A stretch of 64,000 bases of DNA, taken from Massalongia carnosa (Eukaryota). Positions within the stretch are counted from its first letter, which is position 1; every line of letters begins with the position of its first letter. Made by a program: the position numbers and the translations under genes. The stretch is from contig OZ287080.1 of assembly GCA_965645245.1 (NCBI GenBank), forward strand, positions 1 to 64,000. Reading direction: 5' to 3'. The notes under the pieces are model-generated. The model did not search any database. It saw only the letters and a program-made list of their open reading frames with translations, and was not told the origin of the DNA. Positions 21,270 through 33,600 of this stretch are shown piece by piece.

Positions 21270-24200
21270 TATCTAGTTAAGTGCGATCATTGTAACTTTC
21301 GAATCAGAGCCAGCTTGTCCAACACAACTGGGAGATGTAATACTTAAATGTATAAGAGCTAAGACAAAGAAATACTGACTTTAGATCAGGGAAACTCACT
21401 AAAATGATCCCTCATACCTGTGCCATATCAAACCACTCCAGCCATTCAGGTAGCAATGCTGTTCAGTATTTAGCCACCAATAAGACAAATCAAGCGCTTG
21501 TGCTAGCTGATCATCGGGTTAAATCAAGGCATTTAATGACAGTCGAGACTTTCAGTCGAGGAAACAACACAAATTATATGGCGATGTGGCGCACAAAAGA
21601 GTTTCTCAAGATTAAGCTGTTTGGCAATACTAAGCAAAGCTTTCAATATATACCTGCATTCTTGTCAGCATGCGAAGAACAAAACGATACACGAATAGCA
21701 TGGACAAATCTGGAGCTAGATGAGAACGGTTGTTTTAAACGATTTTGGGTACTGCCAAAGGCGACTGAGCGTGCTTTTCGTCATTGTTATCAAAGCTAAA
21801 AGACAGGAAAAATTCAACACTATACTCAACAGAATTAGAGCGACGAGACCTAATTGCGCAGGCTATATTGAAGACATAACTCCAGAGCAGTGGGCTGTAT
21901 ATGCTTTTCGTCGTCCTCGATATTGTCAATTAGGCTCTAATGCTCAAGAGTCGCAAAATAATATTTGGCTATAGGCACGTCATATGCCCGCATTGCTTTG
22001 TCTCTATCAGATTTGGAACCAATGCATAGACAAACCTTATAAACGGAACAAGCTTGAACACAAGACAGATAGAGTCACTGATTATGCCTGGAGATGGATT
22101 CAAGATAGACGGAAACAATCGGTCGAGTATACTAATCAAAATTCTCGTCCTTTCTGCGGTATCGTCACTACTGGTACTGGAAGTCATCACAGCGAGGATC
22201 TGGGAGCCAAGACGTGTACTTGTCATGATTTTCAGGATTATGAGATGCCATATGATCATGCCGTTGCGTTATGTATGAAGTAAGAAAGAGAACCAGAGGA
22301 TTTTGTCAGTCCCATCTTTACAATCGCTGAGTACGAGGTTAGCGCGAAAAAGTATTGACGGATTTTCGCTTATTTTGCATTTTTCCCCTCCTCTTCTCCA
22401 AATCATCATCATGAATCAACCTTCCCATCAGCTCAATTCCGAATTGGAAACTCCCATACGTCAGCGAGTACTAGATCTATATCATGACAATCATATGCAA
22501 TATTTAGAGCAACTGGTGTACCCACACCAACTGTGCTAAGATGGACCAAATCTGGAGAATCTCGGCACGATGCGCATCCTCGCTCGGGACGACCTGTCAA
22601 ACTCAACCCCAGAGACGTGCGACATCTTGTGCGTGCAGTGACGAGTTCTAAAGATGGTAGACAAGCATCCTACATGAAGACAGCCAAAGATCTTGGAATT
22701 CAAGCTTCAATGTCGACTATTCGAACGGCGCTTCGAAAAGTAGGCTTTCGTCGCTGTGCGGCCTGTCCCAAGCTCATGATTTCCTGGAATAATCGTCGCA
22801 AACATCACAAATGGGCGCGAGAGCATCTGTCGTAGCAAGAAGAAGACTGGTTGCGAATTATTTTTACCGATGAGAGCGAGTTTGAAACGGGACAGAGAGC
22901 TCGTCAGTTCGTTACCCGAAGGTCAGGGGAAAAGTACTGTCCTGATTGTCTGAATAGCTTTAAGCACTCGGATCGACAGTCAGTCATGATTTGTCGAAGC
23001 ATATGTGGACAGCAGGCCAGCGAGTTGGTGGAGTTTAGGAAGACTTTGAAGAAGAGAAAGAGGGGGAAAACCAAAGACCTATTGAAGGACTCGATAACCA
23101 CCACTGATTACATCAATCAGATCTTGGAACCATGTCTTTTTCCTTCGTAGGAAGCTCTCAAAGCACAAGGCCACCGTCCCATCTTCATGTAAGACAATGC
23201 GAGCATTCAAGATTCCAAAGAGGCTCGTTTGTGGCTACGACAACATCAGATAGAGGTCATGACCTGGCCCCCTTCGAGTCCTGATCTCAATCCCATCGAG
23301 TACATGTAGAGGGGCTGTAAGCAGAAGATCAAACGATATCCTCGTTTAGTTACGAATGCAAAAGACATATTCATAGCAGGAACGAACGAATGGAACGGGA
23401 TGGTGGTGGAAAATAAGCATCTGAAATGGATCAACACGATACGAGATCGTTGTCGGGCTGTGATTAGAAATCATGGTTTTTCCACCAAATATTGAGTGTA
23501 AAACATGCTTCAAATTTTCAGATCAACTACTTCATACATACGTCTGACTTCGACATCAATAGTAGAAATTATCGTGTTGAATTGAAGGTTTAGTATTTTT
23601 GATTGTGGAGGTGATTGAAAGATCGATTTAGATTTTCTCGCTTAATCCGTCAATACTTTTCACCCGAACCTAGTACAAGGCAACATACCAGTCATTTTTA
23701 CTTCCTATTGATCTTAATGTTCTCGCAGCGGCCGATATGAAACCACCAGAATTTGTAGTCCAGGCTGCTCGCCCAAAAATCAGACGTGAGAGAAGAAAAC
23801 AATTTGATTTATCAAATCAGAGGATGAGATGCTCAATCTGCAAGAGTTTCAAGCATAAAAGGCGTACATGTGATCACTCGGGACCTCCCGCGAGTGAACT
23901 TTTCTGCAAGTACTGCAAGTAGTAGATCAAAACTGCTTCTCTCTCTCAATCTAGTCACAACGAAGACGAAGTTGATAAAGAGAATGACAATGACTTTAAT
24001 GACAATAATAGCGACATCAATCATGACGGCGAGAGCGACAATAAGAGTATCAATACTGTCATAAGTGACTGGAATAGATTCAGTGATCGTTCTTTTGTTT
24101 TTATGTCTCGCAGATTCTCGGCTCAAAACGATGAAGATATTGCGACCAAGAGTGACAAGAGTTTTACATCTCATCGCGACAAAAATATTATCCTCGAGAG

Positions 24201-25532
24201 TGAAGTGAATTCCTTATCTCGATCTAAATCGTCGTCAACTGTAACAGACTCATCGGAAGAGACTAAGGAAGAGCAAAAGAACTATACTCGTTGGGCTATT
24301 CGATGGTTAGAAATTGATGAGACACAGTCACAACACTTTTAAACGTTTGATATGAATCAGACATTTGCTGGAACACTACAGGGATATAGAAATTACAAAC
24401 GCCGCTTTCCAGAGGCGGCCGAAGAAGATGCTCGCAAAAAATGAATACTTTATGCTAAACAGATAGGTACTAACCTTATAAATAAATCATGGCTAATCAT
24501 TGAGAGCAGCGTCGAAGATATCTGACAGAGAGACAGTATCAAATTATCGTTCCTTATTTCGAGCATATAGCTCCAGCTCTATCGTCGCATACTTCAGTTC
24601 TTAGAAAGTTATTAACCCGCCCATTATGGACATATCCTCAAAGACTATATCCTTTTCCTCAACGCATTCTATTATGAGAGCCAACACGACTTTCGGAAGG
24701 GGAGAGAACACCAGTGGGCTATGATTCTGATGACTTTCCGTACGAGAAAGAAGATGCATTATCGGAAGAGAGAGAGGAAGTCGAGAATACATTAGCGGAA
24801 ATGCGACAAGAATTCGGGAATACATAAGCAGATAATGAGCGACAGGAAGCTGATAATATACTAGTGGAGGAGCAAATTTGGAGCATGCTAGAGAAAGGTA
24901 AAGAACGTGATCGGGCACTTATCTCACCTGATAAATCTAGATCTGGACGGATATTGAAACCTACTGTAAGAGTACGAGAAGCTTTACACACAAAGCATGC
25001 CAACTTAGCGAAGGCAGCTTTAGAAAGCTCTAGAGAAGTGTCATTGACTGACTTAACAAACAAGTCACCTCCTCGAAAACGACAAAAGCGAGGGAAAAAG
25101 CCGAGTCAATAGATGGGTCTAGAGATTATCCTTATAGAGAGAAAGGAAAAGCAATCGTATATTCTGTCATGAATTGACAGAGCATCTGCCGGTGTTTCAT
25201 GTGCCACTTCTTCGGAGGCAATTTTTGTGGTGAAGGAATGACATATTGAAACATGATAGTCTGGGATAGAAATTAGATCATGATACTGTATTGTGATTTT
25301 TTCTGTATATTTTTGTATAGGTATCTAGTCGCTTTTCCTCGTACTTGTCATTTAATCGTGCGGTCGCAATATTCCAAATGACCCCCAAATAACCCCATCA
25401 ATTAATTACAGTTTGGGGGTCATCGTACAGCGCCAGAAGCCAAATTACGTGTATATTACGGTAAATGACCCCCAAATAACCCCCAGGCAAGATTGGGGGG
25501 TTATTTGGGGGTCATCTCAGTTATTTGCTCTC
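21270..25532 (+). mobile_element. Degenerate Mutator-like (MULE) transposon with SWIM finger, zinc knuckle and probable right TIR
   Basis: CTCHDFQDYEMPYDHAVALC (SWIM-like); CSICKSFKHKRRTC knuckle; internally repeated terminal sequence ending TTATTTGCTCTC at 25532; catalytic core largely deleted; boundaries approximate. Confidence 0.65.
22334..23673 (+). mobile_element. Tc1/mariner DD34E transposon, degenerate copy
   Basis: Near-identical to 38761-40109 with several stop codons; TA on both sides; removal restores FTIAEY|KATY of the MULE ORF. Confidence 0.93.
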
Positions 25533-26340
25533 ATATAAAACCCCTCTACCTACAAAACCCTGTTCAAAATGACTGTTTTCTGACCAAGGGGGGGTCTGAC
25601 CTATAAAACCATATGTGGGACAATTTGAAATGATTTGTAAGCTACAGGGTAATTCTGTATGTTAAACTAACTGATTTCTCCCAAAAATTCTCTGAAAAAC
25701 AGTCTTCCTCTACGTCAATCCCGTTATCATCACGATCATTTGTTTCATCGTCTGTAACAATCAATTGAGCACCCTGTTCACCTTCCAAAAATAACCAATT
25801 CCCATCCTCTTTCTGTACCTCATCACCGGTCTTCTGAATATTATCCACCGTGTCGGGTACTTCCACCTCTTGTATATCCTCCTGACCGGCCGAAAGCCTC
25901 CTTTCTCCCACTTTTACGTCTGGAATAACTTTGATTGAAAGCTCGGTTCTTTGGATCACGTATACTCTCGGAGACCAGCACATAGTAGCTATCATCCACC
26001 TCTCACGCTGAGCATTTCCCATTTCGAGATCAGTGTCGCTCGTGATTAGCTTACTGGTCCCGTACCCAATTACAATAAGCCTTTGTTCCACTTCTCGAGC
26101 TTCTCGTCATAATGAATGTCGGCAAGCTCGGAAATTCGATTTTTCAGAGGTTTGTTGATGGCTACGTCGAGAACCCGCACAAATCCGGTACAGCCGGATG
26201 GATTAAACGATGCCGTGATATTCAAATCTCGAAAAGCTTCATTACCCTGTCAATTTGTTAGGAATCAGAAGTAGCATTAAATTCAATTACAAACCTCGTC
26301 GGTTTTTTGTCCCGCAAATATATCTAAGGATAAAAATCGT
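25533..26340 (-). pseudogene. pogo/Tc5-like DDE_1 transposase remnant
   Basis: Minus strand 26085-26220 reads PSGCTGFVRVLDVAINKPLKNRI, matching the typical P.GCT...Q.LDV..N.P.K motif; acidic C-terminal tail. Confidence 0.65.
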
Positions 26341-29300
26341 CGAGTATTAATGTTTGAAAATCCTGTAGTTGCGAATTTATACTGCTATTTTAGCCAACGA
26401 ATAATGACTTTTGTATTGCAGCAAGCCTTTGCGTTCCACGGAACCACTACCCCTGAATCATACTGCTGCATTTTTTCTGATGGGACTGTTCTTGACGATA
26501 TCTCGACCCTGAAATATAGGAAGAGGTTTGCAGCGATTTACACTGTCATGAAATCGAGCCAACCCGATCCAGAATCAATCCCGCAGATGAATCTGACTAA
26601 GCTCCCTTTCCTCTATTCAGCTTAGTCAGAATCTCATTAACTAAATCGAGTTTAGACCCCTCTCAATGGCTTCAGGTCAAAGCTTTACCATCAACATCAA
26701 AGCGTCCAACGACAGGAGAACCTCATCTCTACCTTTTATCGGCAATCACCTCGTCAAACCTTCTAACCGTACGTCTCCTAATAGGGGGAGATAAACACTG
26801 ATCGAATCTTCATGAAAAGGGGTTCTAGAAAAATATAAAAAGAAGGACAAGTTAATTAGATAATTGACTCCTTGTCCGACGTCTTGTATAGCAATCCATC
26901 ACCTAGCTATAGCATTATTAATAAAGAAATCTTGATCACCCAATCCAATTCCTTGGAACATTAGTTCAATCCCCTGCCTAGTCCTTGACATAATTAATTA
27001 CTGACTATTCAATGATTTTAGTTTCGACACAAGGTGGTCTGGCAGGTGGACAAAAGGTGGTCTGGGTTATGGACAAAAGGAGGTCTGGGAGATAGAAAAA
27101 AGATTGTCTGGTAGGTAGACAAAAGATGGTCTGGGTGATAGACAAAAGCTTGTCTGGGTGGCTGGGTGATGGACAAAAGGTGGTCGGGCAGGTACTCTAG
27201 GTGGCTGGGTGATAGACATAAGGTGGTCGGGCAGGTGGTCTGGCAGGTAGTCTGGAGGATAATCAAAAGTTGATATAAGTGATGAACAAAAGTTGGTCTG
27301 CCAGGTGGACAAAAGGTGATATTAGCGGTCGACAAAAGGTGATCTGGCAGGTAGAAAAAAGGTGGTCTGGGTGATGGACAAAAGGTGGTCTGCCAGGTGG
27401 TCTGGATTATGATCAAAAGTTGATATGAGGGATAGACAAAAGGTGGTCTGGTAGGTGGAAAAAAGGTGGTCTGGCTTGTGGATATAAGGTTGTCTGGCAT
27501 GTGGTCTGGACGATGATCAAAGGTGATATGAGGGGTAGACAAAAGGTGGTCTGGCAGGTGGACAAGATATAGCCTGAGAGGTGGACAAAAGATTATATTA
27601 GTAGTGGACAAAAGGTGGTCTATATGATAGACAAAAGTTGGTCTGGCAGGTGGTCTAGACGATTATCAAAAGGTGATATGAGGGGTGGACAAAAGGTGGT
27701 CTGGCAGGTGGACAAATATGGCCTGACACGTGACAAAAGATTATATTAGTAGTGGACAAAAGGTAGTCTAGATGATGTACAAAAGGTGGTCAAAAGGTGG
27801 TCTGGACGATTGACAAAAGGTTATCTGGGAGATGAACAAAAGTCGGCCTGACAGGTGAAAAAAAAGTTATTAGTTGTGGACTAAAGATTGTCTGGGTGAT
27901 GATCAGAAGTTAGTCAAGACGATGAACAAAAGATGATATAGACGATAGACAAAAGAGGATATAGACGATTGACAAAAGATGATCTGACAGGTAGACAAAA
28001 GATGATATAGGAGGTGGAAAAAGGGGATCTGAGTAGTGATCAAAAGGAGGTCTGAGTGATGGTTAAAAAGTTGTCTTGCAGGTGGATAAAAGATGATATG
28101 AACGTTGGTCAATAGATTATATGAGTGATGAACAAAAGATGACATGAATAGTAGTCAAAGGGGGTCTGAATGATATGCAAAAGGTAATCTAGGTGATGAT
28201 TAAAAGGTGGTTTGGATGATGATCTGTCAGTTGATCTGGACGATAGATAGAAGATAGTCTGGAGGGTGGACAAAAAGTAATACGGGTGACGATCAAAGTG
28301 TGATCAGGGTAGTAGTCAAAAGGTGGTCAAGAAGTTGATCAAGAGATGGTTTGGATGATTGACAAAAGGTGGTCTAGATGGTAGAAAGGTGTCCTGAGTA
28401 GCAGACAAAAAAATGTCGAGGGGAATTTACAGGGAAAAAAGGGAGGTTATTTGAAAAGCGGCAGAGAATATTTGAAGGCTATTTAGGAGCTAGATGTGGG
28501 GCCTTATTACAATCAGCGTAGGCTATCTGGGAGACTATTTGAAAGATGCTTTGACAGATTATTTGGCGGGTGTCAAGGAGGAGATAGCGCAGGGCCGTTG
28601 CGGAGCGAAGCGTAGCAGTTCCGGAGCAGATATCCGAGATATTTTGAGATTCGCATGAAAAATAGTGTAAGAGTCAGACCTGGCGATTAGCAGACACCAG
28701 GTCTAGGGATATGTGACAATATGAAGACATTAATGGTTTGCTATACTAATATACTAAAAGAAGTATGTAGGTAAAGCGGAAGACTAATCGTTGAAGATTG
28801 CATCTCCCTCGAGCAGCCTCCTTATATATCTGTCAGGGCATAGAAGGAATAAGGGCTAAGCTAACTAAGCGGGGCTTAGTTCTACGGCTAGGCTTAGTCA
28901 TATGGAAAGCAGTTGGTCTGCGTTACGCGGTTGGTATCTACTGCCGAGAGTATAGTACGAGCGATCGAGATATACGAGGATGCTCTTACGACTAGTGAGC
29001 GGATGGTACGATACAGTCAGCACAGTGTCCACGATACAGTCAGCACAGTGTTTACGATACAGTCAGCACAGTGTCCACGATGCAATCAGCAGAGTGTTTA
29101 GCCGGCTTATCCGGTAGGAGTAATGGGCGGTCAAGATAGTTACAGTATCAAGGGCCCAGAGGGTCAAGGGCTTCGGTCCGGGTATATAAGGAGGCTGCTC
29201 GAGGGAGATGCAATCTTCAACGATTAGTTTTCCGCTTTACCTACATACTTCTTTTAGTATATTAGTATAGCAAATCATTAGTGTCTTCACATTGTCACAT

Positions 29301-29422
29301 ATCCCTAGGCCTGGTGTCTGCTAATCGCCAGGTCTGACTCTTACAATTCTAATCGTTCTATCCTTCAAGGAGTGACGATCCGTTGACACATTTATACACC
29401 TTCTATACACTATCGTCCCGCC

Positions 29423-30664
29423 ATGTCCGCGCAAGAAGTTGCCTCTGATACCATGATGCCGGAGGAGCGGATCGAAGAACTTTCGGATTCTGAGGGCCCT
29501 GGAAGAGGAGCCCTGACCCCAATGGAAAAAGTAGTCGAACCCATTCAACCCCTGACGTTGGACGAACAGATAGCGCAAGCTGAGCGCAGGCGTAGCGAAC
29601 TTAAGAAGGAAGTACGTCTGAGGAATTTGAAAGCCAGTATTGAGCAACTGCAAGAACAAACTCAAAAGCCTTCGAAACCTCCAAACCCTAACGGATCATC
29701 CAAGGAACCGGTAATGAGAGGAGCCATTAACCCTCGTTCTGACGACGATGTAGAGATGACGAGTAGCCAGTCAGTACCTGTTGTTGTTTACAGGAGACGC
29801 GCTGCTAGACCCGAGAAAGTCAGTCCCTATCATGGAAAAACGGTCAAGGAACATCTGGATTATGAGCGGAACTGTAGAGTGGCGTTTCGCGTGGCAAAAG
29901 AGGACTTCCCAGATGATGAATCCAAGATCGCTTTCGCAATGCAATCGCTGGAAGGGGAGCCTAAGGAAGGTTGGCATCGATATGAGGCAGACGGTGAAAT
30001 GCAAAATTATACCTTCGAAGAGTACTTGAAATTCTTGTTAAATATTGTCGAGGACCCAGTTAATCGAGGTCTGCATATGGCCCAATTATTTGCCGAAGCC
30101 AAGCAAGGAGAGAAGCAAACGGTAAGAGCTTTCGAGGCGCTCTTGAGTAGCCTCGAGGACCAGTTGCCCTCCTATACCGAAGAACAAAGAGCGACTCATC
30201 TGTTTACTAAGTTGCGGCCGTCTATTAGAGCAGCTATAGGCAACTATCAGAATATTCCAAGGACTAGAGAAGCTCTGGTGACTCTGGCCAGTACGCTGGA
30301 AAACAATCAGAAAAGAGAAAACGATGTCTTAACGACGTCGAAGCATGAGCGTCCAAATGGTTCTCACCCCCCTCGCACTAAATCACATAGAGATAAGAGG
30401 AACGAGGAGATAAAGGACACTGACAAACCAAAACCTACGAAAGACGGTAAAAGGGGTCAGAAAAGAAAGCATGCTGAGACAAAGGAAAGTACCGACGAGG
30501 TGACATGTTATCGCTGCGGAGAACAGGGTCACTACTCCAACAAGTGTCCCAACCCTCCTAAAGACGACAAGGAGCCGAAGCACGGTGTGAACGCCGTCGC
30601 AAAGTCGGGAAAAGCCAAACCTCCACGGAAAGCTCGCCAGCCGATGGAGGGAAACGATCAGTAG
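29423..30664 (+). CDS. gag: Gag with CCHC zinc knuckle
   Basis: 413-aa ORF with CYRCGEQGHYSNKC. Confidence 0.93.
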   Translation: MSAQEVASDTMMPEERIEELSDSEGPGRGALTPMEKVVEPIQPLTLDEQIAQAERRRSELKKEVRLRNLKASIEQLQEQTQKPSKPPNPNGSSKEPVMRGAINPRSDDDVEMTSSQSVPVVVYRRRAARPEKVSPYHGKTVKEHLDYERNCRVAFRVAKEDFPDDESKIAFAMQSLEGEPKEGWHRYEADGEMQNYTFEEYLKFLLNIVEDPVNRGLHMAQLFAEAKQGEKQTVRAFEALLSSLEDQLPSYTEEQRATHLFTKLRPSIRAAIGNYQNIPRTREALVTLASTLENNQKRENDVLTTSKHERPNGSHPPRTKSHRDKRNEEIKDTDKPKPTKDGKRGQKRKHAETKESTDEVTCYRCGEQGHYSNKCPNPPKDDKEPKHGVNAVAKSGKAKPPRKARQPMEGNDQ

Positions 30665-33600
30665 AAAGCGAGCCAAGCCTAATTCCTGAGGGGACTATAA
30701 CGAGGGGAGTCCAAAAATACCCGGCGACAGTGTTGCTTGATGGAGCAGCCGAGATTAATGTGATTAATCAGGGATTCGCCGTCGCTTCAGATCTTAGACC
30801 TATTGAAAGCGAACTACCTGCTCCTCAATTCATGGATGGTAAAGAGGTTTACTGCTATGGAGCTTATGAGGTAGTAATGGCTCTCGAGGATACTTGGCAG
30901 CGACAGCGCACCTTTACCAGCGTGTTTTACGCAATTGACAAACAGGGCCCTGACTTGGTGTTGGGTCTCCCTGGTCTCAAACAGCTGGGTATCGTAATCG
31001 ATTATGGAGCGAAGCGCTGGCGTTATGGCTTTCAGTCTGATATGTTCGAGTTGTGCAAGCCTAAACAGTTTGCGAAGACCCTGGATTCCGGGGCACCACT
31101 CTATGCTATAGTGGCTCAACCCATTGCACCTTCTTCCGAAAGACAACCTGTTAATGTTGGCGCTGTTGATGAGAACAACAGCCGGAACACCAACGAAACG
31201 CAGGGGATACCTGTGGAATTTGCTGAATTCCAGGATGTTTTTTCTAAGGACAGAGCCAATCAATTAGCTACGCACAAGGACTGTGACCACGCTATCGATT
31301 TAGAAGGCGGTGATCCACCTTATGGTCCTTTATACAACTTATCGAATACGGAGCTTAAGACTCTTCGGGAATATCTTGACGACGCCCTGGCGAAGGGTTG
31401 GATCCGGCACTCCACCAGTTCTGCAGGTGCACCAATACTATTTGTGCCTAAGAAGGACGGTACTCTGCGCCTCTGCGTTGACTATCGAGGATTGAATAAG
31501 GTGACCAAAAAGAATCGTCATCCGCTCCCTCTTATCACGCAGATACTGGATCAGTTAAACGGGTGTTCCTATTTTACCAAAATGGATTTGCGAGATGCTT
31601 ATCATCGTCTCCAAATCCGCAAGGGCGACGAGTGGAAGACGGCATTTCGATCCCGTTACGGACACTACGAGTATATGGTTATGCCTTTTGGATTAGCCAA
31701 CGCCCCTGCAACTTTTCAAGCTTACATCAATAAAGCTTTATCTGGGATCGTGGATGTTTTCTGCGTAGTCTATCTGGACGATATATTGGTATTTTCCAAA
31801 GATAGAACCTGCCATGTGGAGCATGTTAAAGAGGTGTTACGTCGTCTAAGGAAACACGATCTCTATGCAAATCTTAAAAAGTGCGAGTTCTTTGCTCCGG
31901 CCGTGGAATATCTAGGGTTTATCATTAGCAGCGATGGGATCTCCATGGATCCACGCCGGGTTGAAACCGTGCGGGATTGGCCTGCACTTCAGTCCTTTCG
32001 AGACATTCAGGTCTTTCTAGGATTCGCCAATTTCTATCGACGTTTCATACGTCATTATTCTCAAATCACTAGGCCATTGACTGACATGCTGAAAGGCATG
32101 CAGGCTGGGATAAAAAGGTGTACTTTTTATCTTACGGCCGAAGGAGTGGAAGCGTTTAGCAAGCTGAAAGAAGCCTTTCAGGGCGCGCCCATCTTGGTTC
32201 ACTTCGATCCAGAACTGCTCATTCGCCTAGAGACCGATGCATCGGATTTCGGAATCTCTGGCATTATCTCCCAGTTGCAGAAGGACGGGCAATGGCATCC
32301 CGTCGCTTTCTACTCGCGGAAGATGATACCGGCCGAGCGCAACTATGAAACCCATGATCAAGAGTTGCTGGCCATTGTGATGTGTTTTAAACACTGGAGG
32401 CATTACCTGGAGGGTAGCCTGCACCCCGTTGAGGTCCTGACAGACCACAACAATTTGAGGGGTTTTATGAATATTAAGGTGTTGAGTGGTCGGCAAGCGC
32501 GATGGGCTATGAAATTAGCCGCTTATGATTTCGTAATCATGCATCGCTCGGGAAAGACCAATCCTGCCGATGCACCGTCTAGGCGCCCTGATTATCAGAG
32601 CATCAACACCGAGGTGACGAGATTGTTGCCTACTCTTCAAAAGAAGCTGAGCAAAATAGATTCCTTATGCGTAGGTTATACGCCGGGGATTCGTACGGTG
32701 CTTGCCGCACTTAGGTATGATCTTCGCTCAAAGATAGCTTCGTCCGGGATTGAACCCCTGGAGAATTTAGAGGGTGAAACCTCTAAATCAATTACTTCTC
32801 TTGACGAAGAGAGTGATACTTTTGAAGTCGGCTTGACGCAATGTATTCCCCGGGCTGTAGCTGTTGCCTTATCAGATGAAGAAAAGCCTTTGGAAAGTGC
32901 TTCCAAGTCAGTGCTTGAACTCATCAAGGCGCTACAGGGGAAAGACGCATTCGTGTCTAGCAGGCGAGAGACCGTTGCTAAGTCTTTGAAGCGCAAGGGT
33001 GGTCGCTCCCCCGAAGCAATTTGGACTATAGATAGCAATGATCTTCTCAATCATCGTGGCAGAATTTACGTGCCCGATGAAGAATCTATTCGTGCGGAGC
33101 TGTTGCGGCGTCATCATGACGACGAGCTCGCGGGTCATTTTGGTGCGGAGAAAACAGCTGAGTTGCTTACCCGCAAATACTATTGGAAAGGACTTAACAA
33201 GACTGTGAAGAAGTACACGGAATCCTGCGACATTTGTCAAAGGACGAAGGCGCCTAGGCACCGACCTTACGGGGTTATGCAATCGCTTCCACGTCCTTCC
33301 GGTCCTTGGAAAGAAATCACTATGGATTTCATAACTGGGTTTCCACCTAGCAAGCGTTTCGGCCGGGTTTATGACTCGTGCCTAGTAATTGTGGATAGAT
33401 ATACCAAAATGGCGCTATACATCCCGGTTACGAAAAAAATCAATGCAGTGGACCTGGCAGAAATTCTGTTTGAATCGGTAGTATTACAGTTCGGCGCTCC
33501 TGAGGGCATAGTATCGGATAGAGGGTCGGTCTTTACCAGTGAGTACTGGTCAGAAATTTGTTTTCATTTAAAGACGAAACGCCGGCTTAGCACGGCCTTT

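Noticed and set aside
24103..25112. Short ORFs downstream of the MULE transposase
   Set aside because: Fragmented, low complexity and without a recognisable motif.
27018..28145. PDHL/TTFC-rich ORFs here and at 36269-37474
   Set aside because: Translations of the minisatellite; frames are not conserved between the two copies.
28798..29101. Short ORFs repeated at 34855-35161 and 35490-35784
   Set aside because: They lie inside LTR copies and have no coding features.
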